Shown here in pieces: positions 36,849-49,544 of a stretch of 49,544 nucleotides of DNA. The notes under the pieces are model-generated. The model did no database searches. It saw only the letters and a list, made by a program, of their open reading frames with translations, and was not told where the DNA came from. How positions within the stretch are numbered: position 1 is the first letter of the stretch; every line of letters begins with the position of its first letter. The position numbers and the translations under genes were made by a program. The DNA is from Atractiella rhizophila (Eukaryota): assembly GCA_021432655.1 (NCBI GenBank), contig MU271245.1, positions 76,211-125,754 on the forward strand. The letters run 5' to 3'.

Positions 36849-38367
36849 TTACTGCCTGCCGTAGTTGTACTTTTTCAGGCAGTAGTCTATCCTCTCTTGT
36901 GCCCAAGGCTTAGGAGTCTTGATCTCCTGTTGTTTAAGCCAGCGAGCGATAGAACCAGGATAATCCGTAATGATGCCTGCGTACTCTGTTCAGCCTTCGG
37001 CTCTCCAAATTCGAGGAGAATGGGGACACACCATCGACTCCCAAATCATCTACGAGCCACTCGACATTCTTAATCCCGTTCACAGTCCACGGAATGACAT
37101 CTGCACCAAGCGCCATCAGCATCTGTCACAGTGTGGAGAAGAAAAGCCAACATAATCCAAGCTCATGAGCCGTGTTCACCATTGTTGAGTTGATGAATGG
37201 CACAAAGCCAGGTTCACCAATATCGTTCGTTGATTGATCTCCGGAATTATACGCGCGATAGCTGGGAGAGATGATAGAAGCTCCGATGCTCTGTGCAGCG
37301 TAAACGACTTGGGCGGAGGGCTCGTCTCCGGGGAAGTCTTCGATTTTCAAGTTTGCGAGCCAAGGAGAGACATCACCAGGGATAGGAAGGTCTTCAGCCC
37401 TAGGGTAACCTGTCCATGGATACATACCATTAGCGCCTTTGCAATCGAGAGATAGAAACAAACCTTGAGGATCAATCGTTGTATCGTCAAAAAGCGCAAC
37501 GGTCGTAAGGTCACTGTATTTCTGCTTGGAGTAAACCAATGCTCTCCAATCGAAACTCTGATGAGTAATGCGTTTCCAATTTCCGCTCTTCTTGAAAACC
37601 TCCACTCCCTTCTCAACAAAAATTTCCGGTCCCTTCGTTAAGTTGGGGAACGCAGGATCGATCTTCGTCTCCAAATTGTAGTGCAGCCGCCTGGAAACAT
37701 CAACACAGTTTGTGAACTCGAAAAATTGTGTCAGCGTCTGGATCTTTGTGCCTGGAGATGTGAGAGCGAGAGGAAATCCAGTGAGGTGTTGAGAACCACA
37801 GTCAAGCGTCTTGATTTGAGCCAACGTCAGGTTCGCAATGTACTTTCCGACGTCTGTTCCAGTCGTTCAGCTTGACGAGAATCAAGAAAGAGATGAAAAG
37901 ATTAACACGGGAACAGCGGATCGTCGGCGGTGACAGGCTTCGTATCGAGACATTTTGTCGTCTGAATGTCTTCGTCATGCCAAATCACCTGTGCTGCAAC
38001 TCTCAGTATCAGAGGAAGGATGAAGGGAAAGCAGACAGCAATGTCGTCTTTAGTGATTCCAAAATCACCCTCCATAGTATCTACCCCATCTTCAAACGCC
38101 TGCTCAATACCCTTCAACTTTCTGTTCGTTTGGTAGAGGAGAGACTAGAGGACAGAGAGACACATACCCTTGCCCAAGCAGGCATCGTCTGCTCGACAGT
38201 CTCTCCCCTATAAATTCCAGTCGTGTTCAGTCTACCGTAAAAAAGAAGATAAAAAATACAAACCTGGATCCCCTATGTCCTTGCAAGTTCAGATTTTGGG
38301 GCGCTCTCTTCGAAAAAGGGACAGCAAGCGCGAGTGGGGCGAAAGCGAGGAGCTTGAGCTGGACCAT
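36849..38367 (-). CDS. Secreted glycerophosphodiester phosphodiesterase (GDPD)
   Basis: Signal-peptide-like MVQLKLLAFAPLALA, then QGHRGSR, GVDTMEGDFGITKD, WHD, NLETK, QSFDWR, PWTVN and GVD/GIITDYP. Stop at 36849. Confidence 0.9.
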
Positions 38368-39269
38368 TGCGACGTCTGATTGAAGATCCCGAGGGCCATT
38401 TTTACTCCAAAGTATTAACCGCTCTTTTGTATGCCGCCAGGAACGTGTTACCTTCAGTTCTCTCTGACGCGTTGACCTCGGTTTCGCTAGTCCATACCTT
38501 GCCCAGAAATCGAGAAATCAATTGGCTCGCCTACACGTTCGCGTCACTGGTTGCCAATTCTTATCGTATCGTAGACATTCCGCCGCTCACATCCCGGAGT
38601 AAAGTGTGTTCATCGGGCTATCCCAGCCAAGGTTTCAATGTTAGCACTACTGTTTCCCGGGATGCTCGATGGAAAAGACGAGAAAATTAACAAATTATAT
38701 AGCTCAAGAATGGTAAGTATTGAATTTGAGCTGAAAACTAAGTTGTTCTGCTCAGCTAAAGAGGTAGAGAGTGCAAAAAAGGCACAGAAGCCACGTGATA
38801 CCACTAATATCGCGTATGAAACGACGATTAAACACAAGCTGAAATGTTTTGAGCGTGCTTCGCCAGTGGGAAATGCCTTCGTGTCTCCGACCACCAACAA
38901 TGTGTGGTGCAGGTACACGTAGGGATGGTCAGTGGAGGGTTGAGGAAGTCTTCCCAGGCGTATGCGTGATTTAGAAACTGTTCAAGGATTTGCTCGAAGT
39001 GCGGCATCCTCATGATGTAATACATACGGCGTAACAGGTTGAATACCATGGCGCTATCGAGGGCAGCTTTGCCAACATATTGCGCAGGAGTGTGTTGATA
39101 GAGCGCTCATCTCATCGATAATCGATCAAGTACACTGCTCGTCGTTTGTTCTCCACACCGGAGCCTTTTCATGAGTCCTCGGCGTCCTGAGCATAAAAGG
39201 CGTCTGTCTCTCTGGTTTCGAAACCTCCCCTCCCCTTTTAACCCAAATACCGACGTACGGAATCACAAC

Positions 39270-39835
39270 ATGAGCGTTACCGAAGCACAAAAGAAAGCTG
39301 GTGAGGAATGGGTGAAGAAGGTGCGTCTTTCTAATGATTTTTCTTCGAGCTCCCTTACCTGATATTGCTTGTAGACTCTTGCAGCTGGAGAATTCTCCGG
39401 AGGATCTTATGACCTCGAAGCCTACCTGGCTTCTTTCGCACCTGATGCAACCATCATCATTGGCAATGGCCAGCCTCCCCTCGAAGGCAGGGACGCTTTC
39501 AAGCAGTTTTTCCTATCCCAAATCCCCGCTTTTGAGTCTGTCAAGAACGAGTACATTTGCTCTTTTACTCCCTCAAGAGATAGACCGTTAATGTACAATC
39601 TTGGGGGACCAGTCTGCAATCCATCGAGGTACATCCCGACAAGACCATCGTCGTCAACAACATCACATATACCTTCAAAGGAACTGGTGACAGTGAGACC
39701 GTAAAGGCTACGAGCCATTGGACGAAGGGGCCAGAGGATGAGGAGGCAAAGAAGTTGGAAGCCTTTGGTGATTTCGAACCTGTGAAAGCGAAGGCTTTGG
39801 TGGCAGCTAAGAAGCTTGGACTCATCCCTTCTTGA
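39270..39835 (+). CDS. SnoaL/NTF2-like fold small protein
   Basis: Three exons: MSVTEAQKKAGEEWVKK/..DLEAYLASFAPDATIIIGNGQPPLEGRDAFKQFF../..IVVNNITYTFKG..GDFEPV. The FAPDA..GN.PP..GRDA pattern is typical of SnoaL-like domains. Confidence 0.75.
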
Positions 39836-40215
39836 TCGCTTGATCTCTCAATCTCAAATATCTGTACTGGAAATAACTGCAAGAAATAAATAGGGAACCT
39901 GTAGCAAATTATTCTTTGGGACACGTATGATCTGGCGCAACAAAGGAGGGGAGTTTCAGTTGTTCTTTGGTTCCCGCCTACCAGAAATGCGATTCTGCTG
40001 CACAAACCAATCTATCTCATTCAAGTTTAAGTTGTGGACATCCTCTTGTTGAAAGGGACTATGGTGCTTTGGGCATTAGATGAAGAATATCAGTCAGAAG
40101 TCGTAGTCATTGTCCGATGCACTAATTGGTCGAATTTCTACACATGAAGATACCAACCAAAGACAGAAGAAAAACGAAGCAGGTCACATCACCATCTTTG
40201 CACACTGACAACAAC

Positions 40216-41529
<1,314 letters not shown>

Positions 41530-42884
41530 TTTATGGTCGTATATCAAGAGCAAGAGGTTGAGCAAGTTGGGTAGAAAGGACGAAGGGAAGAAACGGTTTT
41601 GTTTCTGGACTGACGCGCTGTTAACAAGGTCAGGTGACTTAAATGCTTCTCGCCAAACAAACATCCGGCAGAGCACGGTTTCCGCATCAAAGTGAGGCAA
41701 AAAAGTTGTGTCAGTATCCTTCAAGTTCCCTTGAAGAAGCAGATTGTTTTAAGTAGAGATGGACTATTCTTCACAACCCCGCCAGGTGTGTCTTTATATG
41801 CTATGTCGTCAAATCTAGCGGTTAACAGCCAACAGGGAACGAGTAAGGATGGAGCTATGATGTTTGGTAGTGTGTCAGAAAGGGAGGCAAGTTCGTTGAT
41901 CGGAGTAAGGATGAAGGGTGCAGCAAAAGTCAGGAGCGAAAGTGGGGTGAGATTGGAGAAGTCGGCCACAAAAATTGTGAGTGTTCCTTAGTATCATTTT
42001 GAGTCGGGACGGAGGGATCTTCGGTGTTGACTTTTTCGTGCTGTCCTTGACTTGAGGACTGTGAAAGAGTGCCGTGTCACCACGCTATTGAAGTGAACTG
42101 AAACCCGATGACACATCAATCCTTTTTGATACCCATCAGGCACGCAGGAAATTGCTGCCAAAACTAAAGAAAATTGTGCTGTCAATACCTTCTGTTACGA
42201 TTTCTTCTCTGGCAACTGTGTTTCTCTCTCAACGGTAGGACTTGAGATTTGGAATGGACAGTGTATCCACCAGCCACTGATTTGCAAGTATGTTAAAAGA
42301 AAGTCTCGTCTCACCAGCAAACTGTGGTCATGGACATCTCTCTCCTTACGGCAATGTCTCCTTCAGAACTCCAGAGTGTAATGCCCATGCTCTTTCTTTG
42401 TTCTTGGAATTGGCAGAAGCCACATGAACGTGCCGCGAAGGGTTTTTCATGGTGGGCAGTGCTGACGTATAGCAGCTTTCCAGCAATTATTCGTTGCTAT
42501 CTCATCGCGACTGTAATTGTTACTGTGGCTGAATATTAGTAATTCGTATCAACTTGTGGCGTATTTTGAAGTTGTAGACATCTACCCGATGTTTTGCTTT
42601 GACTTGCCTATGATCAAGTGGCGTACGATATGCTTATTTGTTATCCTTGAGATTCTACGTGCACATCTTCGTCCTCTTCCGCCCTCCCCGTCTTCGAGGA
42701 CAGGCTACCCGTCTTGCAACGGTAATCAATGGCGTTTCTCTTAGTTTAACACGACGCAAGTCTTCGGTGCACCGGAGAACCCCTTGATCCTTAACTTCAT
42801 CTATTATGCTTTTCAACGGATCTGCGCTGAAATACGCATTCAGGCGCCGTCCATCCCACTGATTGTTTTTCTGTGTAGAATCCC

Positions 42885-45366
42885 ATGCCTAAGTCTGTGA
42901 TCCAGCTCCTTGATTCAACACCAAGTCTGAATTCACGTCAAACGGCGTGCAGTCCTTCACTCAACTCGACGCCTCATCCGTCAACATCTGCAACCAGTTT
43001 GCAATCGTCAACCACATCCTTCCCTCCTTCTGAGACGTCATCAGTCAATGGTCCGCACAACACTCCTGTTCCGCCGTCCTCCTCACATGCGCCTTCAAGC
43101 TTCTCAAACGGCCATCCGCCAGCTTCGGAACTTCCAGCATCTCCAGCAAACGCATCAACATCGCAGCCCCAACAGGACTTGTCGCATACAGAATCTACAG
43201 AAACTCTCCACCATACACCACCAGCCCCTTCCTCCTTATTGAGTTCCTCGCGCAGTACACGACCACCCTCCCCGGCATATGATGGCTCTCTTCGACTTGT
43301 CGACGCTCCACCCTCTCTCCTCTCCCAGTCCTACATTCCTGGAGTGACCTTTTCGACATCGCTTAGACCCCCGCGTACCGCCCGGATACCAAACATCCCT
43401 CGTGTTCTCCCACCAAGACCTCCTTCTCCGCCAACTCCCGTAACTTTGACGCCTTCAGTTTCGGCGTCCATGTCTCGTCCACTCAGCCCCGTCAGTACTG
43501 AAACTGCCACCACAGCTAAAACGGAAGTCTCTATACAGGCGAAGAAGCCTCCTGCTTCTTGGGCCGATCTAGTGAGAAGGCAACAAGCTGGTCCCACTAG
43601 CACAAGTGCAAGTCCCGTTCCAAACGAGCAACAAGATGTGAAATCTAGCGGCGCTGTACCTAAATCTCCAACTTCCAAAGTGAACGCAGTGACGAACACG
43701 AGCACAGGGGTTAACGTCGTTCCCTTCTCTGTTTCCGTTGATGGGTTTGAGGGTCACGCTGCCATCTCACTATCAAATGGGAAATCAGAAACATTGGAGG
43801 TACAATTGGCAAGCATCGAAAACACCCTTACCGCCCCAATTGTACATCCGAGAGGTTTGATCAATAACGGGAACCTGTGCTTTGCCAATTCCGTACGTGA
43901 CTATACCGTTGGCTAGGGACACTGTTCTGATACAGGATTTGTTAGATCCTACAAGTCCTTGTTTACTGCCCTCCTTTCTACAGTTTACTCCAGGTTCTGG
44001 GTCGGGAGACGGCAATGGATTTTGCACGCAGGACGCCAACAATGGATGCAATGTGTGTATTCGGTTCTGATACAAGTATGCCTTTGACCAGGGTTCAGGG
44101 TCGTTTTCTTGCAAGAGTTCAAACCCATTGCGAAAGGTGAGATCGCACAGTCCCGATCAAAAGCGCGCCAAAATGCCAACAAGCCTACCGTCACTTCTTC
44201 CAAAGACGATGCGTTTCTCCTCTTTCCCCCTGCGACGCCAGAGTGGACCGAACCTTTCGTGCCTGAGATTGTCTACGAAAGCATGAAGGGAAATAAACGA
44301 TTCGACGCTATGCGCCGTGGCACCCAAGAAGATGCTCAGGAGTTTCTTGGCTTCTTTCTTGACACGTTGCACGAAGAAATCTCACTTGCCATTGAGCAGC
44401 ATGACAAGCCATGGAAGATTGCAGAACAGGACGTGAAAACGCAGAAGGAGGCAGAGAAGGAAGGCGATGATGAAGAATGGATGGAGGTGGGAGTTAAAGG
44501 TCGGACAGCTGTTACTCGGACGGTATGGCATGTTCTCGTGATGGATAGCTGGATAGCCGTTCTGACTACCCACACAGACGGAAGCGAAGGAGTCTCCCAT
44601 AACGAGAATTTTTGGTGGCAAAATACGAAGTGTTGTTCGCTGTCCCGGACAGAAGGATTCGGTTACACTTGAACCGTACCTAACGCTGCAGTTGGACATC
44701 CAGGTATGACTTTCTCTATCTCCTTGCCCCTCTGTGGCTGACGGTGTATGCAGCCCGAAAGTGTCTTCACTATCTCAGATGCTCTCACGAACTTCCATGA
44801 ACCGGAAATCATCACTGGCCTTACTAATGCTAAAGGAGCTAAAGTGGATGGAACTAAGCAAGTGTTTATCGAGACCCTACCGCATGTTCTGGTCCTCCAC
44901 CTCAAGAGGTTCTTGTATGACAAGGAAGGTGGGGCGATGAAGAGCGGGAAGATTGTCGGTTACGACACAGAACTCGAGATTCCCAAGTGTAAGTTCGAAC
45001 TTTCATGTCGCATCTTCCTGAAGACGCCGGGTAACAGCTGTCCTTTCGCCCGCAAAAAAGGGGAAGACTGCAGCGAGGTATCAGCTATTCGGCGGTGCGC
45101 TCTTTCTCTTCCTTTGTCCTGCTGCTGACCTCCGTGAAGTGATCTACCACCATGGACGCTCAACAGCTGGAGGTCATTATACTGCAGCTGTCCGCCAACC
45201 AGCTTCGCCTCACCAATGGATCAATATCGATGACACTCTCATTCGTCCGATGGACGTCAAAGAAGTGGCGATCAAGGTCGACCATAACTCGGCACACGCT
45301 CATGAAGATAGATGGGGATCTACGGAAAAGAATGCCTATCTACTTTTCTATCTGAGAGTTGCTTGA
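42885..45366 (+). CDS. UBP3: Ubiquitin-specific protease, UBP3/USP10 family
   Basis: Ser/Pro-rich N-terminus with SWADL, Cys box GLINNGNLCFANS, QEDAQEFLGFFLDTLHEE, LVLHLKRF, His box YHHGRSTAGGHYT, AYLLFY. The true start may lie upstream. Confidence 0.9.
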
Positions 45367-45734
45367 ACCTGCCTTGCTGCCGTTTCTTAACCTGCCTTGT
45401 GAATATATTGTTTGTACGCTTGTTTTTCATTAGGTTACCCGCATTTCAGTACAGTTTTCTGGCGTCCCTGCGTCCTTTGTATGGAATGTCGCGATTACAA
45501 TACCGGTTCTCTCGCTATTTGAGCCTGCTCCGACGTAATCATCCTAATGAAGCGGTCGCGGTCCCTGCTTCGATACGACTTTCTCGCTGATATCTCACCC
45601 GGCTTCGCCGCCGTCATAGCTCCGGAATAAGAGGTGTACAATCCACAGTTCTTCCAGCGTAAGAATAAAACCTCTTCCTCAACTCTTTCCTTCAACTCAA
45701 GCAGTACCCTGAGCAGTGATACCTGAAGGATACA

Positions 45735-46583
45735 ATGACCAAAACCGGAACAATCCGCTTCTACGACGTCAAGAGTGCTTTGGAACCCTTGCGAGGCTGG
45801 TCGCCCAACGCTTGGCGAGCAAGGTATTTTCAACCACTCAATGGCAAACCACCCATCTGACTAGTGGGATTAGACTATTCCTCAACTATTTCGAAGTAAA
45901 GAGCTCAGTACAATATGAGACTATTTTCATCTCTTACCCGTCCATCAAGGGCGAGGTAACGCGATTATACGCAGAAGGCAATGCAGGAGAGCCTAACGCT
46001 TTCACTCTTCCACTCATCGAAGACCCCAAAACCTCTCCTCCGACCATCATCATGGATTCTGGCCTGATCGCAAAATATCTTTGCTCTGCTTATTCTTCCT
46101 CCCCAATTGGCGGAATGGAGAAATTCGATGAATATTTCGATTGGACGTCAAGAAACGTTCAGCAGTTCCTAAGGGGTTATCTCTTCCTCGATGTCTGGAA
46201 GAATCTAGATGAGGAAGGAAAGATCTATTTTCGCGAGTCGAGAGAGAGAATATTCGGCTGCAAGCTCGAAAACATGATGGATCGGTTCGGAGGGGAAGAA
46301 GCAACCCTGGACCTTTTGAGAAAGGGATGGAAGCCTCTCCAAGATCGTATGAAAGGAAGACCGGAAGATGACGAAGGTGAGCCTCGAAAGTTTCCCCTCT
46401 AACGCTGAATAACTACTTATGAATGCAGCAACTGCACTGGACTTCTGTGACGGCGCCATGCTGAAGTGGACTAAAAATATAAATCAAGAGAAATACGAGC
46501 GACTCCTCGACCTTTGGGGACCCGAAGACGACAGCGTTCGAAAGTTGGCGAAGATCATTGCGCCATACGGAAGATGTACTTGA
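45735..46583 (+). CDS. Fungal glutathione transferase, GSTFuA/etherase-like
   Basis: MTKTGTIRFYDV..GWSPNAWRAR/LFLNY..ISYPSI..FTLPLIEDP..IMDSGLIAKYL..YFRESRERIFG. Two introns. Stop at 46583. Confidence 0.8.
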
Positions 46584-46951
46584 TGACCTAAGAGGCAGAC
46601 AATGTAAGAACATGTCAATAGGTGTTATGAACAATCTAGTTTCATCATTGCCAGGTAAATCCTCGCCCTCCCAGAGACATTTCGTCCACCCACCACGGGG
46701 TTCACGGTAAATCGCGAAGGACCGTTCCCATTCCCAATATGCAGACCTAACCTCGGCAGGAAAGTTTGTCTTCTATGCTCCACCTCTTCTCATCAGAGCG
46801 GACAGATTCTCGCAACGACGAGCGCCACTTCCCTCATCGAAGAAGTGACCAGAGCCATCTTTATATGAGGCAATCCCTCCTGTGCTGATGGGACAATTTT
46901 GGAAATAAAAACTCTGGCAATTTCAGAACGCTGATTCCATCAAAGATAACG

Positions 46952-48159
46952 ATGTCACACTTCACCCTAAACACAGGCTACAAGATTCCTAGTGTCGGAA
47001 TGGGGTGCTGGCAAGGTTGTTCAGTTCTCAAACCTTGGAAGCATACACATAAGTAAAGAGCTGGGATAGGTGATTACGGGGCAAAGAACTACATTCTGGA
47101 AGAAGCGCTTCTCCAGGCAATTGAAGTTGGTTATCGACACTTTGATACTGCTCTTGGATTCCAGAATGAGCAAATCGTTGGATAAGCTTTAAGAGAGAGC
47201 GGGATTCCACGCTCAGAATTCTTCATCACCTGCAAACTTGAATCCTTTCTTATGATCAAGAGTGACCGAATTGACGTAGGAACCTAGCAAAGGCAATACA
47301 CACGGTAGGAGGAGAGAGCCTGACAGATAGATTTCAAACGTCACTGAACAATTTGGGTTTCGACATCGATCTTTATCTCCTCCATTGGCTTCAAAGCTTT
47401 GTTACTGGTGTTCACGATGCAGATCCAGAGCCTCACTTAGTTGAAGCGTGGAAAGAGATTGAAACGCTTCTTGTTACCGGTTCGTCAATCTCGGTTGTAG
47501 GCAATGCTGAAAGGTTTGATAGGGAAAGTGGAATCGATTGGGGTCTCTAACTTCAGTCCGAAAACTCTTGACATACTTCTGAAGGAAGTTACTGTGGTCC
47601 CATCAGTAAACCAAGTGGAGCTGCACCCCTTTCTTCCCGATAATGCTCTGCTCGAGTATTGCAACTCAAAAGGCATTCACCTCTCGGCCTATTGTCCTAT
47701 CGTTGGGTGCCTTCAACTGTCCCGTAGGAATCCTCGCGAGAAAATTGAGAATAGGAAAAGTTCTCACAGCTTTGGAGCAGCCCAACGCTGATTTAACGAT
47801 AAAAACTATAGCTGATTGCGTTGGATGCACACCGGCGCAAGTTACACTCAGTTGCGGAGTGATAAGAGGAACAAGTGTCCTTCCTCGCACTGTCACTCCT
47901 TCGAGGATGAAAGAAAACATAACTGTGAGTTTCTGCAACTCCCTGGTCTCAGCGCCGTACTTATCTGATTTAAAGTCTACAGCTCGTCAATTTAACACCT
48001 GAAGATGGGGAAGCTATTGATGGGATTCATAAGAACGATGACACCAAAAAACAAGGACATAACGGGAGGATGAGCTACACGCCATGGAGTGGAACTACCG
48101 CGTTCGGTTGGACATTGGACCAATTAGGCTGGGATGTCGGATGTGCGAAGAAGTTCTGA
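46952..48159 (+). pseudogene. Aldo-keto reductase pseudogene
   Basis: LNTGYKIPSVGMGCW, GYRHFDTA, DLYLLHW, IGVSNFS, VNQVELHP. In-frame TAA at 47183-47185. Catalytic Tyr position is Phe (DTALGF). No GT donor after TCKL. Confidence 0.8.
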
Positions 48160-48276
48160 AACGTCCACATGATACTGGTATTCGCTATGTAGAAGCATCT
48201 GTAAACAATGGAGGAAAGACTTCCGTGACAAACACTTGCACATCTGGCACATAATAAGAATGTACTAATTGCCTCT

Positions 48277-49544
48277 CTACCCCTTCAGTTTCTTCTCCAA
48301 CATCTCCTTCCTTCCTCTTCTTGCCTTCATAAGCCTTTCCGCCCTCGACCTATCCATCGTTTCCACCCCATACTCTTTCTCGTCCTCTTCTTTTCCACCT
48401 GTCTTCAACAGCAACTCGTTGATCCAGTGATCTAACTCTTTCAACTTCTGTATCTCCCCTTCGATATAAATACGCTCGTTGAGGAGTGAGATGGATTGGG
48501 AGACAACAGTGCGGATGTGCTGAAAGCGGGCAGGACCGAGGAGGGTGCCTGAGAAAGGAAGATGGAAGATCAGGAAGGTAGAAGTAGGAGAAAACATGAA
48601 GCAAGAACAAGAGATGGTCGAAGTAGAGGAGCAAAAGCCATTGGCTTGCAGAAAGCCTGGTGACACTTTCCGTCGGACCAACTGTGGGACATCAAACAAA
48701 ACAAGTGAAGCATATTGTGTAGACAGTTGGGCGTAAATTAATGCACTACATAGACTAGAAAATCGGTGACCAGATTTTCATAGTCTATAACACAACAAGG
48801 GATAAGCAAGTAGGCACGATTTAAGTGTGCTCTCTTCCGAAAAGCTCGGTGAAGTGAAGGTGCTTTGATCACGTAGGAAGTAACAATAACAATCTCCTCA
48901 GAGGGGCTGACACAATGAACAAGATTGCCCAGAAGCAATGGAAAACCACCGCAATCTCTGCTTTAATAGAGCGGTGGCCGTCACCTTAAAAACAAGGGGA
49001 GGATGGGAAATTCCGTCACAAGGGTTTTATGGTCCCCTATGAGCGACATCCACCAAAACAATGCAGGCGGGAAGAAATCTTTTCACAAAAGCACACCCAC
49101 TCACCTCCGAACCATCTAACCACAACACAGGTCGCATCGACCCCTCCCAACCTTTCCATCTCCTTCCTTATCGTTTCTCCTCCATACTTCTCATTGTCAT
49201 CGTCCTCTCCTTCTTTCACCGTCCAAGTGTCGTCTCCCTCCCCCTCTGCACCGGTCTTCCCCTTTCGCGGGACGAGGACGCGGTAAGCATACATATAATG
49301 AGATGCCTCGCCTTCTCTTGACGAAGCATGGAGACGACGGAGATTAGAGATGAGGGACTTTGGCGCGCTGGGTGAGGTCGTGGAGATGGCATAGGAGATG
49401 AATATAGAGCCGCGGTCCGTCAGCGGAGGGGATTCGACGTACGACGACTCGGAGGAGGATGGGAGAGCGAGGTATGAATGAAGCGAGGTCTGAGAAGGCT
49501 TCGACTTTGGTTTCGCAAAACATGTGTCAGCGGTGGGGTTCGTG
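48277..49544 (-). CDS. IMPACT/YIH1 (UPF0029) family protein, 5' partial
   Basis: TDRGSIF..ASHYMYAYRV..DDDNEKYGG..VVVRWFGG, then a 556-nt intron (48549-49104), then TLLGPARFQHI. The WFGG-LLGP-RF motif is split in frame by the intron. Stop at 48277. Confidence 0.85.
48655..49068 (-). ncRNA. Candidate structured intronic ncRNA (class unknown)
   Basis: At least six hairpins and two long-range closing stems inside the 556-nt IMPACT intron. G-U pairs favour the host strand. Confidence 0.5.

Noticed and set aside
38367..39049. Overlapping 70-107 aa ORFs between GDPD and the SnoaL-like gene
   Set aside because: No recognisable domain and no consistent splice model.
49021..49029. UAAAACCCU as a template for TTTTAGGG telomeres
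   Set aside because: Partly buried in a 9-bp stem and only one repeat plus 1 nt.
48650..49070. Plus-strand GAAAGCCTG...CAATGCAGGC resembling RNase P P4
   Set aside because: The CR-V continuation is wrong, the upstream sequence is just the complement of the polypyrimidine tract, and the strand evidence favours minus.

Overview
Gene-dense, intron-rich fungal genomic DNA, basidiomycete-like by inference (typical introns 45-70 nt, some with non-consensus GT donors and AAG acceptors). About 20 protein-coding loci were spliced by hand: an HSF-domain gene with apparent frameshifts, an orphan gene, a KDM4/Rph1-type JmjC demethylase, a Zn-dependent MDR dehydrogenase (duplicated), an Na/K-type (ACU-like) P-type ATPase, a tannase/feruloyl esterase, TAF9, RPB7, SPT16, an F-box protein, a NUDIX hydrolase, SYF1, a secreted GDPD, a SnoaL-like protein, CDK1, UBP3/USP10, a GSTFuA-like GST, an AKR pseudogene and an IMPACT-family gene. 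The most unusual signals are: (1) two very long introns (403 and 556 nt) packed with sense-strand hairpins, candidate unannotated intron-hosted ncRNAs, one carrying a 9-nt telomere-template-like motif; (2) a predicted 2-nt micro-exon in the dehydrogenase, plus 6-nt and 13-nt micro-exons elsewhere; (3) two tandem duplications (about 2.98 kb and 608 bp) whose copies differ like alleles, so they are either unequal-crossover products or stacked-haplotype assembly artefacts. All splicing, alignment and folding was done by eye and no database searches were run.
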